From assembly GCA_013214575.1 (NCBI GenBank), contig JABSSD010000025.1:468-64467 (forward strand): DNA of 64,000 nt, read 5' to 3'. Source of the DNA: Paracoccaceae bacterium (lineage in GTDB: Bacteria > Pseudomonadota > Alphaproteobacteria > Rhodobacterales > Rhodobacteraceae). Of the stretch, positions 54,387 through 64,000 are shown in pieces; position 1 is the stretch's first letter; the number at the start of each line of letters is the position of its first letter. The notes under the pieces are model-generated. The model did no database searches. It was not told the DNA's origin and saw only the letters and a program-made list of their open reading frames with translations. A program made the position numbers and the translations under genes.

Positions 54387-55487
54387 TCAGGCGTCCAGCG
54401 CGCGGCAGTCGTCTGCCAGCCAGCCGATTTCGATCTCCTGGCCGGGTACCAGACGCTCCTGATCGGGCGCATTACGGGTTTTGACAAAGAAGTCGTCTTT
54501 ACCGGCAACCCGCAAGCGGGTGCGGAAGATATCGCCCATGTAAATGAACTCCATCACTTCCGCTTTCAGCGTATGGGCGCCCTCTGGCATCCGGTCTTTA
54601 TTAAACTCGACCCGCTCAGGGCGGATCGAAACACGGGTGCGCTCGCCGGCCTTTGACACGTTGACCGGCTTGGCGTCGATCAGATCACCGTTGTCCAACT
54701 GAACCAGCGCCGTGCCGCCCTTGATCTCTTTGACCACGCCTTCCAGCGTATTGTTCTCACCGATGAACTGGGCGACGAAACTGTTCTGTGGCTCTTCGTA
54801 CAGCTTATCTGGTGGATCCAACTGCTGAATGCGGCCATCCTCGAACACCGCAACCCGGTCTGACATGGTCAGGGCTTCGGTCTGGTCGTGGGTGACATAG
54901 ACCACGGTAATGCCCAGACGGTGCGCCAGATGGGTGATCTCGAACTGCATCTTCTCGCGCAGCTGCTTATCCAGCGCGCCCAGCGGTTCGTCCATCAGCA
55001 CCAATTCGGGTTCAAACACCAAGGCGCGCGCCAAGGCGATCCGCTGTTGCTGACCACCGGACAGTTGCGACGGACGGCGACCACCAAAGGCCCCCATTTC
55101 CACCATATCCAGCGCCCGCATCACTTTCACTTCGCGATCGGTTTTGCCCATTTTACGCACTTCCAACGGAAAGCTGAGGTTTTCAGCAATCGTCATATGT
55201 GGAAATAGCGCGTAGTTCTGGAACACCATACCGATGCCGCGTTTGTGCGGGGGAATGTTGTTGATAGAAGTGCCGCCAAGACGAATATCGCCGTGGGTTG
55301 CCGTTTCAAAACCGGCGAGCATCATCAAACAGGTGGTCTTCCCGGATCCTGAGGGGCCGAGCATCGTAAGGAACTCGCCCTTGGGCATGGAAAGGTTAAG
55401 GTCTTTGACAACGAGGTTTTCGCCGTCGTAACTTTTTTGAACACGTTCGAATTCTACGAACGCGTCAAGGTTTGACACATCAGCCAA
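54387..55487 (-). CDS. ABC transporter ATP-binding protein (PotA-like)
   Basis: Walker A GPSGSGKTT, signature LSGGQQQR, Walker B LVLMDEP, and a TOBE-like C-terminus. Confidence 0.9.
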   Translation of the reverse strand: MADVSNLDAFVEFERVQKSYDGENLVVKDLNLSMPKGEFLTMLGPSGSGKTTCLMMLAGFETATHGDIRLGGTSINNIPPHKRGIGMVFQNYALFPHMTIAENLSFPLEVRKMGKTDREVKVMRALDMVEMGAFGGRRPSQLSGGQQQRIALARALVFEPELVLMDEPLGALDKQLREKMQFEITHLAHRLGITVVYVTHDQTEALTMSDRVAVFEDGRIQQLDPPDKLYEEPQNSFVAQFIGENNTLEGVVKEIKGGTALVQLDNGDLIDAKPVNVSKAGERTRVSIRPERVEFNKDRMPEGAHTLKAEVMEFIYMGDIFRTRLRVAGKDDFFVKTRNAPDQERLVPGQEIEIGWLADDCRALDA

Positions 55488-55694
55488 AACAAGCTCCCTG
55501 GTTTTTTCGGTGCGGCAGATTGGCTCTGCACTTGTAACCGGTTCATGTAAACATACCTATGCGACAGTATGCAACCGTTTGATCAGAATATTATTCTAGC
55601 CGCTTTTGGTTGTTGCATCGGACGTTTCGCGACAGATATCGGACACAATACGTCTGTTTTTGCGCGTTAATCCAACTTTTGGCTTCCACTGTAC

Positions 55695-55736
55695 AAAAAT
55701 CAGAAAAACGGCCCCACTCAAAAAACGAGTGGGGCC
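55695..55736 (-). terminator. Rho-independent terminator of the aminotransferase gene
   Basis: On the minus strand, ggccccactc-gtttttt-gagtggggcc is followed by gtttttctgattttt. Confidence 0.75.
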
Positions 55737-55789
55737 GAGATGAAATGTTCCAAAAACGACCTATTTGGCGGCCAATGCTCGGATAATAT

Positions 55790-57181
55790 TCAGTCGACGC
55801 TCAGCAGATTCCGCTTTTGCAACTCGGCATAGCATTCATCCAGTGCCTTGCGTGCGCGCGCGATCATCACATCTATTTCCTCTATGGTGATCACCAGCGG
55901 CGGTGAGATAATCATCCGGTCGCCCACATGGCGCATCACCAGGTTGTTGGCAAAACACCGTTCCCGGCACACAAACCCGGCGGTGCCGGCCTCTGCAAAT
56001 GGCGCCCGGCTGTTCTTATTGGGCACCAGCGCAATCGACCCCATCATGCCAACAATCCTGGCCTCACCCACCAGGGGATGGTCGCCCAGCGCTTCCCACT
56101 TTTCCTTAAGATAAGGTCCGGCGACGTCGCGCACATGCGCGACAACGCCCTCTTCTTCCAGGATGCGCAGGTTTTCCAGCGCCACTGCGGCGGCCACTGG
56201 ATGGCCTGAATATGTATAGCCGTGGTTGAATTCACTGGCGCCAATGACCGCGGCGATTTCATCGCTGACAATTGATCCGCCGATCGGCGCATAGCCCGAG
56301 CTAAGCCCCTTGGCGATGGTCATGATGTCAGGGCGGATGCCCATGGTCTCACTGCCAAACCAATTGCCGGTGCGGCCAAAGCCGCAGATCACCTCATCCG
56401 CGATCAGCAGGATTTCATACTTATCGCAGATGCGCTGAATTTCCGGCCAATAGCTGGCTGGCGGTATAATGACCCCACCGGCGCCCTGAACAGGTTCGGC
56501 GATAAAGGCTGCAACGCGATCTTCACCCAGCTCCAAAATCGCCTTTTCCAGCTCTTGGGCCCGCTGCAGACCAAATTCCTCTGGGTCCATATCGCCGCCT
56601 TCGGCCCACCAATACGGCTGCTCAATGTGGTGGATGTCTGGGATTGGCAAGCCGCCCTGGGCATGCATTGCGCTCATCCCGCCCAGCGATCCACTGCCCA
56701 CCGAGGAGCCATGATAGGCGTTGTTGCGACTGATGATTATCGACTTGGTTGGCTTGCCCTTTTCCGACCAGTAATGGCGCACCATGCGGATGTTGGTGTC
56801 ATTCGCCTCGGAGCCAGAACCCGCAAAGAATACATGGTTCAGATCCCCCGGCGCCAGTTCAGCGATCTTTTTGGCCAGCGCGATGACCGGCACATGGGTG
56901 GTCATGAAGAAGGTGTTGTAATAGGGCAGCTCGCGCATTTGGCGGGCGGCCACCTCGGCCAGCTCATCACGCCCATAGCCAATGTTGACGCACCACAGAC
57001 CCGCCATGGCGTCGAGGATTTCGTTGCCTTCGCTGTCGGTCAGGTAGATACCACTGGCCCGCGTGATAATGCGGACACCTTTTTCCGCCAACTCGTCGTT
57101 GGTGGTAAATGGGTGCATGTGATGCGCCGCATCCAGCGCCTGTAGCTCGGCTGTGGGCAAATGATTGGTGATCGCGCTCAT
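55790..57181 (-). CDS. Class-III (omega) aminotransferase, putrescine/beta-alanine-pyruvate type (SpuC-like)
   Basis: 463-aa ORF with FFAGSGSEANDT, LIADEVICGFGRTG and TIAKGLSSGYAPIG (PLP lysine). Confidence 0.85.
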   Translation of the reverse strand: MSAITNHLPTAELQALDAAHHMHPFTTNDELAEKGVRIITRASGIYLTDSEGNEILDAMAGLWCVNIGYGRDELAEVAARQMRELPYYNTFFMTTHVPVIALAKKIAELAPGDLNHVFFAGSGSEANDTNIRMVRHYWSEKGKPTKSIIISRNNAYHGSSVGSGSLGGMSAMHAQGGLPIPDIHHIEQPYWWAEGGDMDPEEFGLQRAQELEKAILELGEDRVAAFIAEPVQGAGGVIIPPASYWPEIQRICDKYEILLIADEVICGFGRTGNWFGSETMGIRPDIMTIAKGLSSGYAPIGGSIVSDEIAAVIGASEFNHGYTYSGHPVAAAVALENLRILEEEGVVAHVRDVAGPYLKEKWEALGDHPLVGEARIVGMMGSIALVPNKNSRAPFAEAGTAGFVCRERCFANNLVMRHVGDRMIISPPLVITIEEIDVMIARARKALDECYAELQKRNLLSVD

Positions 57182-57245
57182 GGGAAGATTCCTAATTCAG
57201 AGGGTTACTCCAAGAATATGATCAAATTCTGCGGTGTCAATCGAA

Positions 57246-57959
57246 TCAGCTAGTGGCGGCCAATCCCTGGCCCACCTGTTCCATGCCCTGCATGACGTCC
57301 CGTTCCATCGCCAGTGCTGCCAGTTCCGGATCGGCCTTTCGCAAGGCCTCTAGGATGTCCTTGTGACGATCCGGGAAGCTCTGGGTGCCGAGACGTCCAC
57401 AGACCACCCGCAGAGACGGGCCAAACCGCAGCCATAATCTGTCCGCCAGATCGGTCAGTATCGGCGCCTTGGCATGCTGGTACAGCGCCGTGTGGAAAGC
57501 ATAGTTCTGGGCGAGGTAACCGGCCACATCACCGGCAGAAATAGCCCGATCCAAAGCGTCATCTATGCGTTCAAGTGCTGCGATATGTTCAACATTGACC
57601 CGCAGAGTTGCCCGCCGTGCTAGCTCGCACTCTATTGTTTTCCTTGCATAACTCAGCTCATCAAGATCCTCAAGGCGCAGCACCGGCACAGAGACCCGGC
57701 GATTGCCCTGAAAGACCAGAGCGCCGTCAGAAATCAGCCGGCGGATCGCTTCGCGCACCGGTGTCATGCCGACGTTCAACGCCTCGGTCAAACCCTGGAT
57801 TGTCACCGCCTGCCCAGGCGCCAGTTCGCCAAACAGAATCTGCCCTCGCAACGTTTGATAAACGGTCTCATGCGCCGGGGCTTTGGCGCCGCCATCCGGC
57901 ACCGGTAGGCTTGCATTGTTGGTGGTAGTCACGTCACCCATTCCTCTTGTTTTTGGCAC
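57246..57959 (-). CDS. GntR-family regulator (FCD subfamily)
   Basis: wHTH VYQTLRGQILFGELAPGQAVTIQGLTEALNVGMTPVREAIRRL. The start may instead be the ATG at 57941. Confidence 0.8.
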   Translation of the reverse strand: MPKTRGMGDVTTTNNASLPVPDGGAKAPAHETVYQTLRGQILFGELAPGQAVTIQGLTEALNVGMTPVREAIRRLISDGALVFQGNRRVSVPVLRLEDLDELSYARKTIECELARRATLRVNVEHIAALERIDDALDRAISAGDVAGYLAQNYAFHTALYQHAKAPILTDLADRLWLRFGPSLRVVCGRLGTQSFPDRHKDILEALRKADPELAALAMERDVMQGMEQVGQGLAATS

Positions 57960-58072
57960 AGCTTTTGTAACGCCGCCGCTGGTCTAAACATAAACACTAT
58001 TGCCGAAAGAGGCAAAACTTGATCAAATCATTTTCAGCCGGGGCTGACACCGGCACGCACAGGGAGATATTC

Positions 58073-59158
58073 ATGACATTTAAAACGATGACACTCACCG
58101 CCATCATTGCGCTGAACAGTGCCGCTGCCATGGCCGAAGAAGTTCGCGTCTACAACTGGTCCGACTATATCGACGAAGAGCTGCTGACCAAGTTCGAAGA
58201 CGAAACCGGCATCAAGCTGATCTACGACGTTTTTGACAGCAACGAGGTTCTGGAAACCAAAATGCTGGCGGGTGGCTCGGGCTATGATGTTGTGGTGCCT
58301 TCGGGGACATTCCTGCAGCGGCAGATAACTGCGGGCGCGTTCCAGCCACTGGATATGTCCAAATTGCCCAATGCCAGCAACATGTGGGACGTGATCGAGG
58401 CGCGCACCGCGCAGTATGATCCCGGCAATACCCATTCGATCAACTACATGTGGGGCACCACCGGCATTGGCATCAACACTGCCAAAGTTGCCGAAGCCCT
58501 GGGTGACGACGCTCCAGTGGGATCGCTGGCACTGGTGTTTGATCCCGCCAACATGGAAAAATTGGCCGCCTGTGGCGTGCATTTTCTGGATGCTCCGGCT
58601 GAGATCATTCCGGCAGCCCTGGCCTACATCGGGGAAGATCCCGACAGCCAGGACCCGGATATCATCGCCAAGGCCGAACCCGTTTTGTCGGCCATTCGCC
58701 CCTATGTGCAAAAATTCCACAGCTCGGAATACATCAACGCGCTGGCCAACGGCGACATCTGCGTGGCGATCGGCTGGTCCGGCGACATCCTGCAGGCTCG
58801 TGACCGCGCTGCTGAGGCCGACAATGGTGTGGTGATTGCCTATAACGCCCCCAGCGAAGGTGCGCTGATGTGGTTTGACCAAATGGCCATTCCCATTGAC
58901 GCCCCCAACCCCGACGCCGCCCACAAGTTCCTGAATTTCATCATGGACGCGGGCAATATGGCGGCCGCATCGAACTACGTCTATTACGCCAATGGCAACA
59001 AGGCGAGCCAGCCAATGCTGGCAGAAGACGTGATCGGCGACCCGGCCATCTACCCGGACGCGGCAACCCTGCAAAACCTGTATACCACCCGCCCCTACTC
59101 GATAAAAACACAGCGCAAGGTCACTCGTATGTGGACCAAGATCAAATCCGGCATCTAA
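58073..59158 (+). CDS. potF: Putrescine/spermidine-binding periplasmic protein
   Basis: ATG at 58073 with signal peptide MTFKTMTLTAIIALNSAAAMA and VRVYNWSDYIDEELLTKFEDETGIKLIYDVFDSNE. Confidence 0.85.
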   Translation: MTFKTMTLTAIIALNSAAAMAEEVRVYNWSDYIDEELLTKFEDETGIKLIYDVFDSNEVLETKMLAGGSGYDVVVPSGTFLQRQITAGAFQPLDMSKLPNASNMWDVIEARTAQYDPGNTHSINYMWGTTGIGINTAKVAEALGDDAPVGSLALVFDPANMEKLAACGVHFLDAPAEIIPAALAYIGEDPDSQDPDIIAKAEPVLSAIRPYVQKFHSSEYINALANGDICVAIGWSGDILQARDRAAEADNGVVIAYNAPSEGALMWFDQMAIPIDAPNPDAAHKFLNFIMDAGNMAAASNYVYYANGNKASQPMLAEDVIGDPAIYPDAATLQNLYTTRPYSIKTQRKVTRMWTKIKSGI

Positions 59159-59269
59159 TCTCTGCCAGATTGGGTGGGACGCGGCATGCGCCCCACCCCA
59201 TGCGCTGCCGCCTCTGGCGATGCAGCCACCTGACATTCGCATGTTTGAAAACACGCAGGGGAGCCCGGC

Positions 59270-60397
59270 TTGACCACTCTTAAATTCGAACCCTGGAATG
59301 ATCCGCAGGAAAAACCGCTGATCCATTTCCAGAACATCACCAAACGGTTTGGCTCTTTTGTCGCCATCGACAATCTGACCATCGATATCTACGAGCGCGA
59401 ATTTTACGCACTTCTGGGTCCGTCTGGTTGTGGCAAAACCACCCTGATGCGCATGCTGGCCGGGTTTGAGACACCAACCGAAGGCACCATTCTGCTGGCC
59501 GGTCAGGACATCGTCTCGGTGCCGCCGAACAAGCGCGCAACCAACATGATGTTCCAATCCTACGCGCTGTTCCCACATCTCTCAATCTGGGAGAATATTG
59601 CCTTTGGCCTGAAACGCCAAGCCATGGCCAAAGCGGACATCAATGACCGTGTCGAAGAAATGCTGCGGCTGACCCGGCTGGAGCAATTCGCCAGGCGCAA
59701 GCCGCATCAGATCTCGGGCGGGCAGCGGCAACGGGTGGCGCTGGCGCGATCCCTGGCCAAGGCGCCAAAACTGCTGCTGCTGGACGAACCCATGGGGGCG
59801 CTCGACAAGAAGCTGCGCCAGGAAACCCAGTTTGAACTGATGGATATCCAGGAAAAAACCGGCACCACCTTTATGATCGTGACTCACGACCAGGAAGAGG
59901 CGATGACAGTGGCCAGCCGGGTGGCGGTGATGGACCACGGCCAGATCATCCAGGTGGCCACGCCAGACCGGATATATGAAACTCCAAATTCTGTCTATGT
60001 TGCTGATTTTATTGGCGATGTGAATATTATCCAAGGCACCACCACAGCCAATGGCAAAGACAGTTACTCGATCGCCTGGGCGGATGCACAGGCGCCATTG
60101 ACCGCCAATTCAAACCAGCCCTTCTCGGACGGCCAAAAATGCCATCTGGCCATTCGTCCGGAAAAAGTTGCAATCACGGCTGACAGGCCCGGAGAGGTGG
60201 CAAATGCGGTGCAGGGCAAGATCCTGGACATTGCCTATCTCGGCAATATTTCCACCTATCATGTCGAGCTGCCAACCGGCGTGGTGATCAAGGCGCAGGC
60301 CGCAAATACCCGGCGAATCTCGCGACGCAGTTACACTTGGGAAGACACTGTCTGGCTGTCCTGGACCGCCACGGCCGGCGTGTTACTGGCCAACTGA
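59270..60397 (+). CDS. potG: Polyamine ABC transporter ATP-binding protein
   Basis: Walker A GPSGCGKTT, signature ISGGQRQR, Walker B LLLLDEP. TTG start as in the track; the start is uncertain. Confidence 0.85.
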   Translation: MTTLKFEPWNDPQEKPLIHFQNITKRFGSFVAIDNLTIDIYEREFYALLGPSGCGKTTLMRMLAGFETPTEGTILLAGQDIVSVPPNKRATNMMFQSYALFPHLSIWENIAFGLKRQAMAKADINDRVEEMLRLTRLEQFARRKPHQISGGQRQRVALARSLAKAPKLLLLDEPMGALDKKLRQETQFELMDIQEKTGTTFMIVTHDQEEAMTVASRVAVMDHGQIIQVATPDRIYETPNSVYVADFIGDVNIIQGTTTANGKDSYSIAWADAQAPLTANSNQPFSDGQKCHLAIRPEKVAITADRPGEVANAVQGKILDIAYLGNISTYHVELPTGVVIKAQAANTRRISRRSYTWEDTVWLSWTATAGVLLAN

Positions 60398-61278
60398 TGC
60401 GCCGTTTCCTCCTGATCGCCCCCCCCTATGCCTGGCTGCTGCTGCTGTTCCTGACACCCTTTGCTATCGTGGTGAAAATCTCGCTGTCGGATATCGCGCT
60501 GGCGATTCCACCCTATGTTCCGAAATTCAGCTGGGATGAAGGGATCTGGGCCTATCTCAACCAGCTTGATTTTGAGAACTTCATCTTCCTGACCCAGGAC
60601 AATCTATACTGGAAGGCCTACCTGAGTTCCTTCAAAATCGCCGCGATCTCAACCGCATTGACGCTGCTGGTCGGCTATCCGATCGCTTATGGCATGACGC
60701 GGGTGCCCTCGGAATGGCGACCAACCCTGATGATGTTGGTGATCCTGCCCTTCTGGACCTCGTTCCTGATCCGGGTCTACGCCTGGATGGGTATTCTCAG
60801 CAACGAAGGCTATTTGAACCAGTTGTTGTTGTGGACCGGCATCATCGACACACCGCTGACCATCCTCAACACCAATACTGCCGTCTATATCGGCATTGTC
60901 TACACCTACCTGCCCTTCATGATCCTACCGATCTATTCCGCACTGGAACGTCTGGACGATTCGCTGATCGAGGCCGCCGAAGACCTGGGCTGTTCGCGGC
61001 TTACTGCTTTCTGGCTGGTGACCATTCCCCTCTCCAAAACAGGCATCATCGCCGGTTGTTTTCTGGTCTTCATCCCGGCACTTGGCGAATTTGTGATCCC
61101 ATCTCTCTTGGGTGGCTCGAACTCGCTGATGATCGGAAAAGTGCTGTGGGAGGAGTTTTTCTCTAACCGGGACTGGCCGGTGGCCAGCGCGGTGGCGGTG
61201 ATCCTGCTGCTCCTCCTGGTGATCCCAATCGTGCTGTTCCAACGCAATCAGCAAAACCAACAAGAGGCAGATCAATGA
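60397..61278 (+). CDS. potH: Polyamine ABC transporter permease
   Basis: The ATG overlaps the potG stop (TGATG). EAA-like LIEAAEDLGCSRLTAFWLVTIP. Confidence 0.85.
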   Translation: MRRFLLIAPPYAWLLLLFLTPFAIVVKISLSDIALAIPPYVPKFSWDEGIWAYLNQLDFENFIFLTQDNLYWKAYLSSFKIAAISTALTLLVGYPIAYGMTRVPSEWRPTLMMLVILPFWTSFLIRVYAWMGILSNEGYLNQLLLWTGIIDTPLTILNTNTAVYIGIVYTYLPFMILPIYSALERLDDSLIEAAEDLGCSRLTAFWLVTIPLSKTGIIAGCFLVFIPALGEFVIPSLLGGSNSLMIGKVLWEEFFSNRDWPVASAVAVILLLLLVIPIVLFQRNQQNQQEADQ

Positions 61279-61354
61279 GTTTTCGTATTGTCTCCGGAAA
61301 ATTCGAATTTTCCGACCCGAATTCTTTGAAGAATTCGGACTGGAGGAGAGCGCA

Positions 61355-62170
61355 ATGAACAAAACCAGCTGGTTCAATGTGGTATCCCTGACACTGGGGT
61401 TTGCCTTTCTCTATATTCCGATGATCATCCTGATTATTTTCAGCTTCAACGAAAGCAAACTGGTCACTGTCTGGGCCGGATTTTCGACCAAGTGGTATGG
61501 CGAACTGATGCAGAACGAGGCCTTTCTCAATGCCGCATGGGTGACCATCAGGGTGGCGGTGTTCTCGTCAACCCTTGCCACGGTTTTGGGAACGATGGCA
61601 GCCTATGTGATGGTACGCGGAGGCCGCTTCCGCGGCCGCACCCTGTTTTCCGGCATGATCTATGCGCCACTGGTGATGCCCGAGGTGATCACCGGCCTGT
61701 CGCTGCTGTTGCTGTTCATCGGCATCGGACTGGACCGTGGCGTGCTGACCATTGTGTTGGCCCATACCACTTTTTCGATGTGCTATGTCTCGGTTGTGGT
61801 GTCTTCGCGGCTGGTCACCTTTGACCGTTCACTGGAAGAGGCCGCGCTGGATCTGGGATGTTCCCCGGCGCAAGCGTTCCGATTGGTGACCCTGCCGATC
61901 ATTGCCCCGGCGGTGATTTCCGGCTGGTTGCTGGCCTTTACCCTGTCGCTGGATGATCTGGTGATCGCATCCTTTACCACCGGCCCCTCTGCAACCACCC
62001 TGCCAATCAAGATTTTCTCGGCAGTCAGGCTGGGGGTCAGCCCCGAAATCAACGCACTATCCACGATCATGATTGCCATTGTCACATTTGGAGTGATCAC
62101 CACATCTCTGGTCACCAAACATCAAATGGTCCGGCAAAAACGCGAAGAGCAAGAAGCGGTGCGCAGCTGA
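61355..62170 (+). CDS. potI: Polyamine ABC transporter permease
   Basis: 271-aa ORF with EAA-like LEEAALDLGCSPAQAFRLVTLP. Confidence 0.85.
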   Translation: MNKTSWFNVVSLTLGFAFLYIPMIILIIFSFNESKLVTVWAGFSTKWYGELMQNEAFLNAAWVTIRVAVFSSTLATVLGTMAAYVMVRGGRFRGRTLFSGMIYAPLVMPEVITGLSLLLLFIGIGLDRGVLTIVLAHTTFSMCYVSVVVSSRLVTFDRSLEEAALDLGCSPAQAFRLVTLPIIAPAVISGWLLAFTLSLDDLVIASFTTGPSATTLPIKIFSAVRLGVSPEINALSTIMIAIVTFGVITTSLVTKHQMVRQKREEQEAVRS

Positions 62171-63489
62171 TGCGGCGCCTTTACTCGGACTATGCCTATG
62201 GTCCTGGTCCGCGCGACAATTGCTGGTGGGACCAGACCATTGCAGAACCCGATTGGCCGGTCCTGACCGGTACCATGGATGCCGATGTGGCAATAATCGG
62301 TGGCGGTTTTACAGGTATTTCCGCCGCTCTGCATCTGGCACAAGCTGGCGCCAGCGTTGTGGTACTGGAGGCCGAATCCCCTGGCTGGGGTGCCTCAGGT
62401 CGCAATGGCGGATTTTGCTGTTTGGGGGGATCAAAGCTGAGCAGCGCGGCGATGCAACGACGATTCGGCGATCAGGCCACCAAAACCTATGAGGCCTCAG
62501 AAGTCGCCGCAGTCTCTTTGGTGCGTGAATTGCTCGATAAATATGGCATCAACGCCGACAGCCATTCGCGCGGCGAAACCCAACTGGCGCATTCACCACG
62601 CGCCATGCAACGCCTCCGCGTCGAAGCCGAAGATATGGCCCGAAACGGCCAGAAGGTCGACCTGCTGGAAGCAGATCAGCTGGCAGAACAGGGGTTGAAT
62701 GGTCCGTTCCACGGGGGTTTGACCACGCCGGTCGGCTTTGGCCTGAACCCTCGCAAGTATTTATTCGGCTTGTGCCGTTCAGCGCAGACAGCGGGCGCCC
62801 AACTGTTTCAACGCAGTGGCGCCGGCCGCATATCGCAGCGCGACGGAAAACATGTGATTGCCACTCCCAACGGGATATTGCGTGTCAGCCAGGTGATCAT
62901 CGCAACCAATGGGTATTCGTCCGAAGACCTGCCATCCTGGCTGGCGGGCCGCTATTTGCCAACCCAGTCCACCGTCATGGTGACGCGGGTTCTCAGCGAA
63001 GATGAGCTGCAAAAGCAAGGCTGGTTCAGCGATCAGATGGCCTATGACAGCCGAAACCTGCTGCATTATTTTCGCCTGATGCCCGACCGCCGGTTCCTGT
63101 TTGGCATGCGTGGCGGACTTTTGTCCTCGGCCCGGTCTGAACAAGCGATCCGCCACAAACTGCGGCGCGATTTTGACCATATGTTCGCCGCATGGAAGGA
63201 CGTCGAAACAACCCATTGCTGGTCCGGCATGGTCTGCCTGGCACGCAATCTGGTGCCTTTTGTCGGCCCCGTACCAGAGGTAAAAGGCATGTTCGCAGGC
63301 CTGTGCTACCACGGAAACGGCGTTGCAATGGGAACCTATGCCGGGCGTTTGTTAAGCGATCTGGTGCTGGGCCAGACATCCGACCTGCCCTATTCCCCGG
63401 CGATCCAGTCGATGCCGCGCTTTCCGCTTGGCCGCTTTCGGCGTTTGCTGATGCCGCCGGCCTATGCCGCGCTTGGGATGATGGACTGA
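62170..63489 (+). CDS. FAD-dependent oxidoreductase (gamma-glutamylputrescine oxidase PuuB-like, DAO family)
   Basis: The ATG overlaps the potI stop. Dinucleotide motif DVAIIGGGFTGISAALHLAQAG. Confidence 0.8.
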   Translation: MRRLYSDYAYGPGPRDNCWWDQTIAEPDWPVLTGTMDADVAIIGGGFTGISAALHLAQAGASVVVLEAESPGWGASGRNGGFCCLGGSKLSSAAMQRRFGDQATKTYEASEVAAVSLVRELLDKYGINADSHSRGETQLAHSPRAMQRLRVEAEDMARNGQKVDLLEADQLAEQGLNGPFHGGLTTPVGFGLNPRKYLFGLCRSAQTAGAQLFQRSGAGRISQRDGKHVIATPNGILRVSQVIIATNGYSSEDLPSWLAGRYLPTQSTVMVTRVLSEDELQKQGWFSDQMAYDSRNLLHYFRLMPDRRFLFGMRGGLLSSARSEQAIRHKLRRDFDHMFAAWKDVETTHCWSGMVCLARNLVPFVGPVPEVKGMFAGLCYHGNGVAMGTYAGRLLSDLVLGQTSDLPYSPAIQSMPRFPLGRFRRLLMPPAYAALGMMD

Positions 63490-64000
63490 AGAGCCTCCAG
63501 TTCCAGCACCATCGCATCGTGATCGCGGTGACGGCCCTGGTTGCCCTGGCCTGACCTCCACAGGCAATAGGCTGCCATGCGCCAATGAAACCAGGGTTTC
63601 AATGCCAGCAATCGCGCCACCACCCTTCGATCCGGATAAGCGCCCAGAAAAGCGTCTTCCTCAAGACGCGTCAGCGGAGTCCCCCGGTACAGCAATTGCA
63701 TCGCTGGAGACAGAAAAAGCGCCAGATCCTCAGCCGGGTCCCCTTGCTGTGGGCATTGCCAGTCAATCAGCGTCAGGGTGCCGGCATGGTCCACCAGATT
63801 ACCGGGAACCGGGTCGCCGTGGATCACCACCGGATTTTCACAAGCGGCGACCTGCCCCGAGGGTGCCAGCCCGCGCAGCGGATTTGAACTGTGACATCGC
63901 GCCAGTATCGCCAATGTTTGTTCAGTTAGCTCGGCGCTGCCATTGCGTCCCTTCGGCAAGCGAAAAAAGCCAGGCTGATCGTGCAAACGCCCCAGCAGCT
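63462..64000 (-). CDS. Phosphotransferase (APH/choline-kinase) family protein; 5' end beyond the window
   Basis: VIHGDPVPGNLV (HxDxxxxN) and LIDWQCPQQGDPAEDLA. The frame stays open to the window edge. Confidence 0.7.
   Translation of the reverse strand, partial: LLGRLHDQPGFFRLPKGRNGSAELTEQTLAILARCHSSNPLRGLAPSGQVAACENPVVIHGDPVPGNLVDHAGTLTLIDWQCPQQGDPAEDLALFLSPAMQLLYRGTPLTRLEEDAFLGAYPDRRVVARLLALKPWFHWRMAAYCLWRSGQGNQGRHRDHDAMVLELEALQSIIPSAA

Noticed and set aside
55543-55555. tcatgtaaacata upstream of the ABC operon as another copy of the catgYaaRcatg hairpin element
   Set aside because: It is only a partial match with no inverted arm and no adjoining cactgccgggcagtg motif. This is probably chance similarity or an unrelated promoter element.
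58034-59578. 514-aa minus-strand ORF
   Set aside because: It is entirely antisense to the well-supported potF/potG genes and has no recognisable family. The Arg/Gly/His-rich composition is typical of shadow ORFs in high-GC DNA.

Overview
High-GC alphaproteobacterial chromosome segment, probably Rhodobacteraceae/roseobacter-like. That assignment, and all family calls, rest on motifs recognised by eye because no searches were run. (1) 1-25.3 kb is an accessory, IS-scarred catabolic mosaic. It holds an IS5 relic, a complete beta-hydroxyaspartate-cycle cluster (bhcR plus bhcABCD) and a second IS5 relic. Next come a TRAP operon with a one-Cys Asp/Glu-racemase-superfamily enzyme and an amidase, and a TRAP / hydantoin racemase / GntR / hydantoinase operon with a class-V aminotransferase. 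It ends in a decayed integrative element with IS3 and IS66 fragments, two tyrosine-recombinase relics, a tRNA 3' fragment and genes with single in-frame stops. (2) 25.3-36.8 kb and 44.5-50.5 kb are housekeeping genes: AI-2E transporter, serB, TauE, ArsR/SRPBCC/YciI, asparaginase, IalB, rlmN, LOG, dehydratase, GntR, dapD, dapE, GNAT, DUF2064, rnr and a lytic transglycosylase. (3) Between dapD and dapE lies a 7.6-kb islet, the most unusual part of the window. It carries a urocanase (hutU) relic, an internally deleted IS256 relic and two diverged 523-aa paralogs (choice-of-anchor-L-like head, cadherin-like repeat, C-terminal Hint/bacterial-intein-like domain). It also carries a translationally coupled third Hint protein with substituted catalytic residues, and an ionotropic-glutamate-receptor-like channel. 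(4) 50.6-64 kb holds two polyamine-type ABC importers with an omega-aminotransferase, a GntR regulator and a PuuB-like oxidase. No rRNA, intact tRNA or CRISPR was seen. Short hairpin or REP-like micro-insertions recur inside the mobile-element relics.
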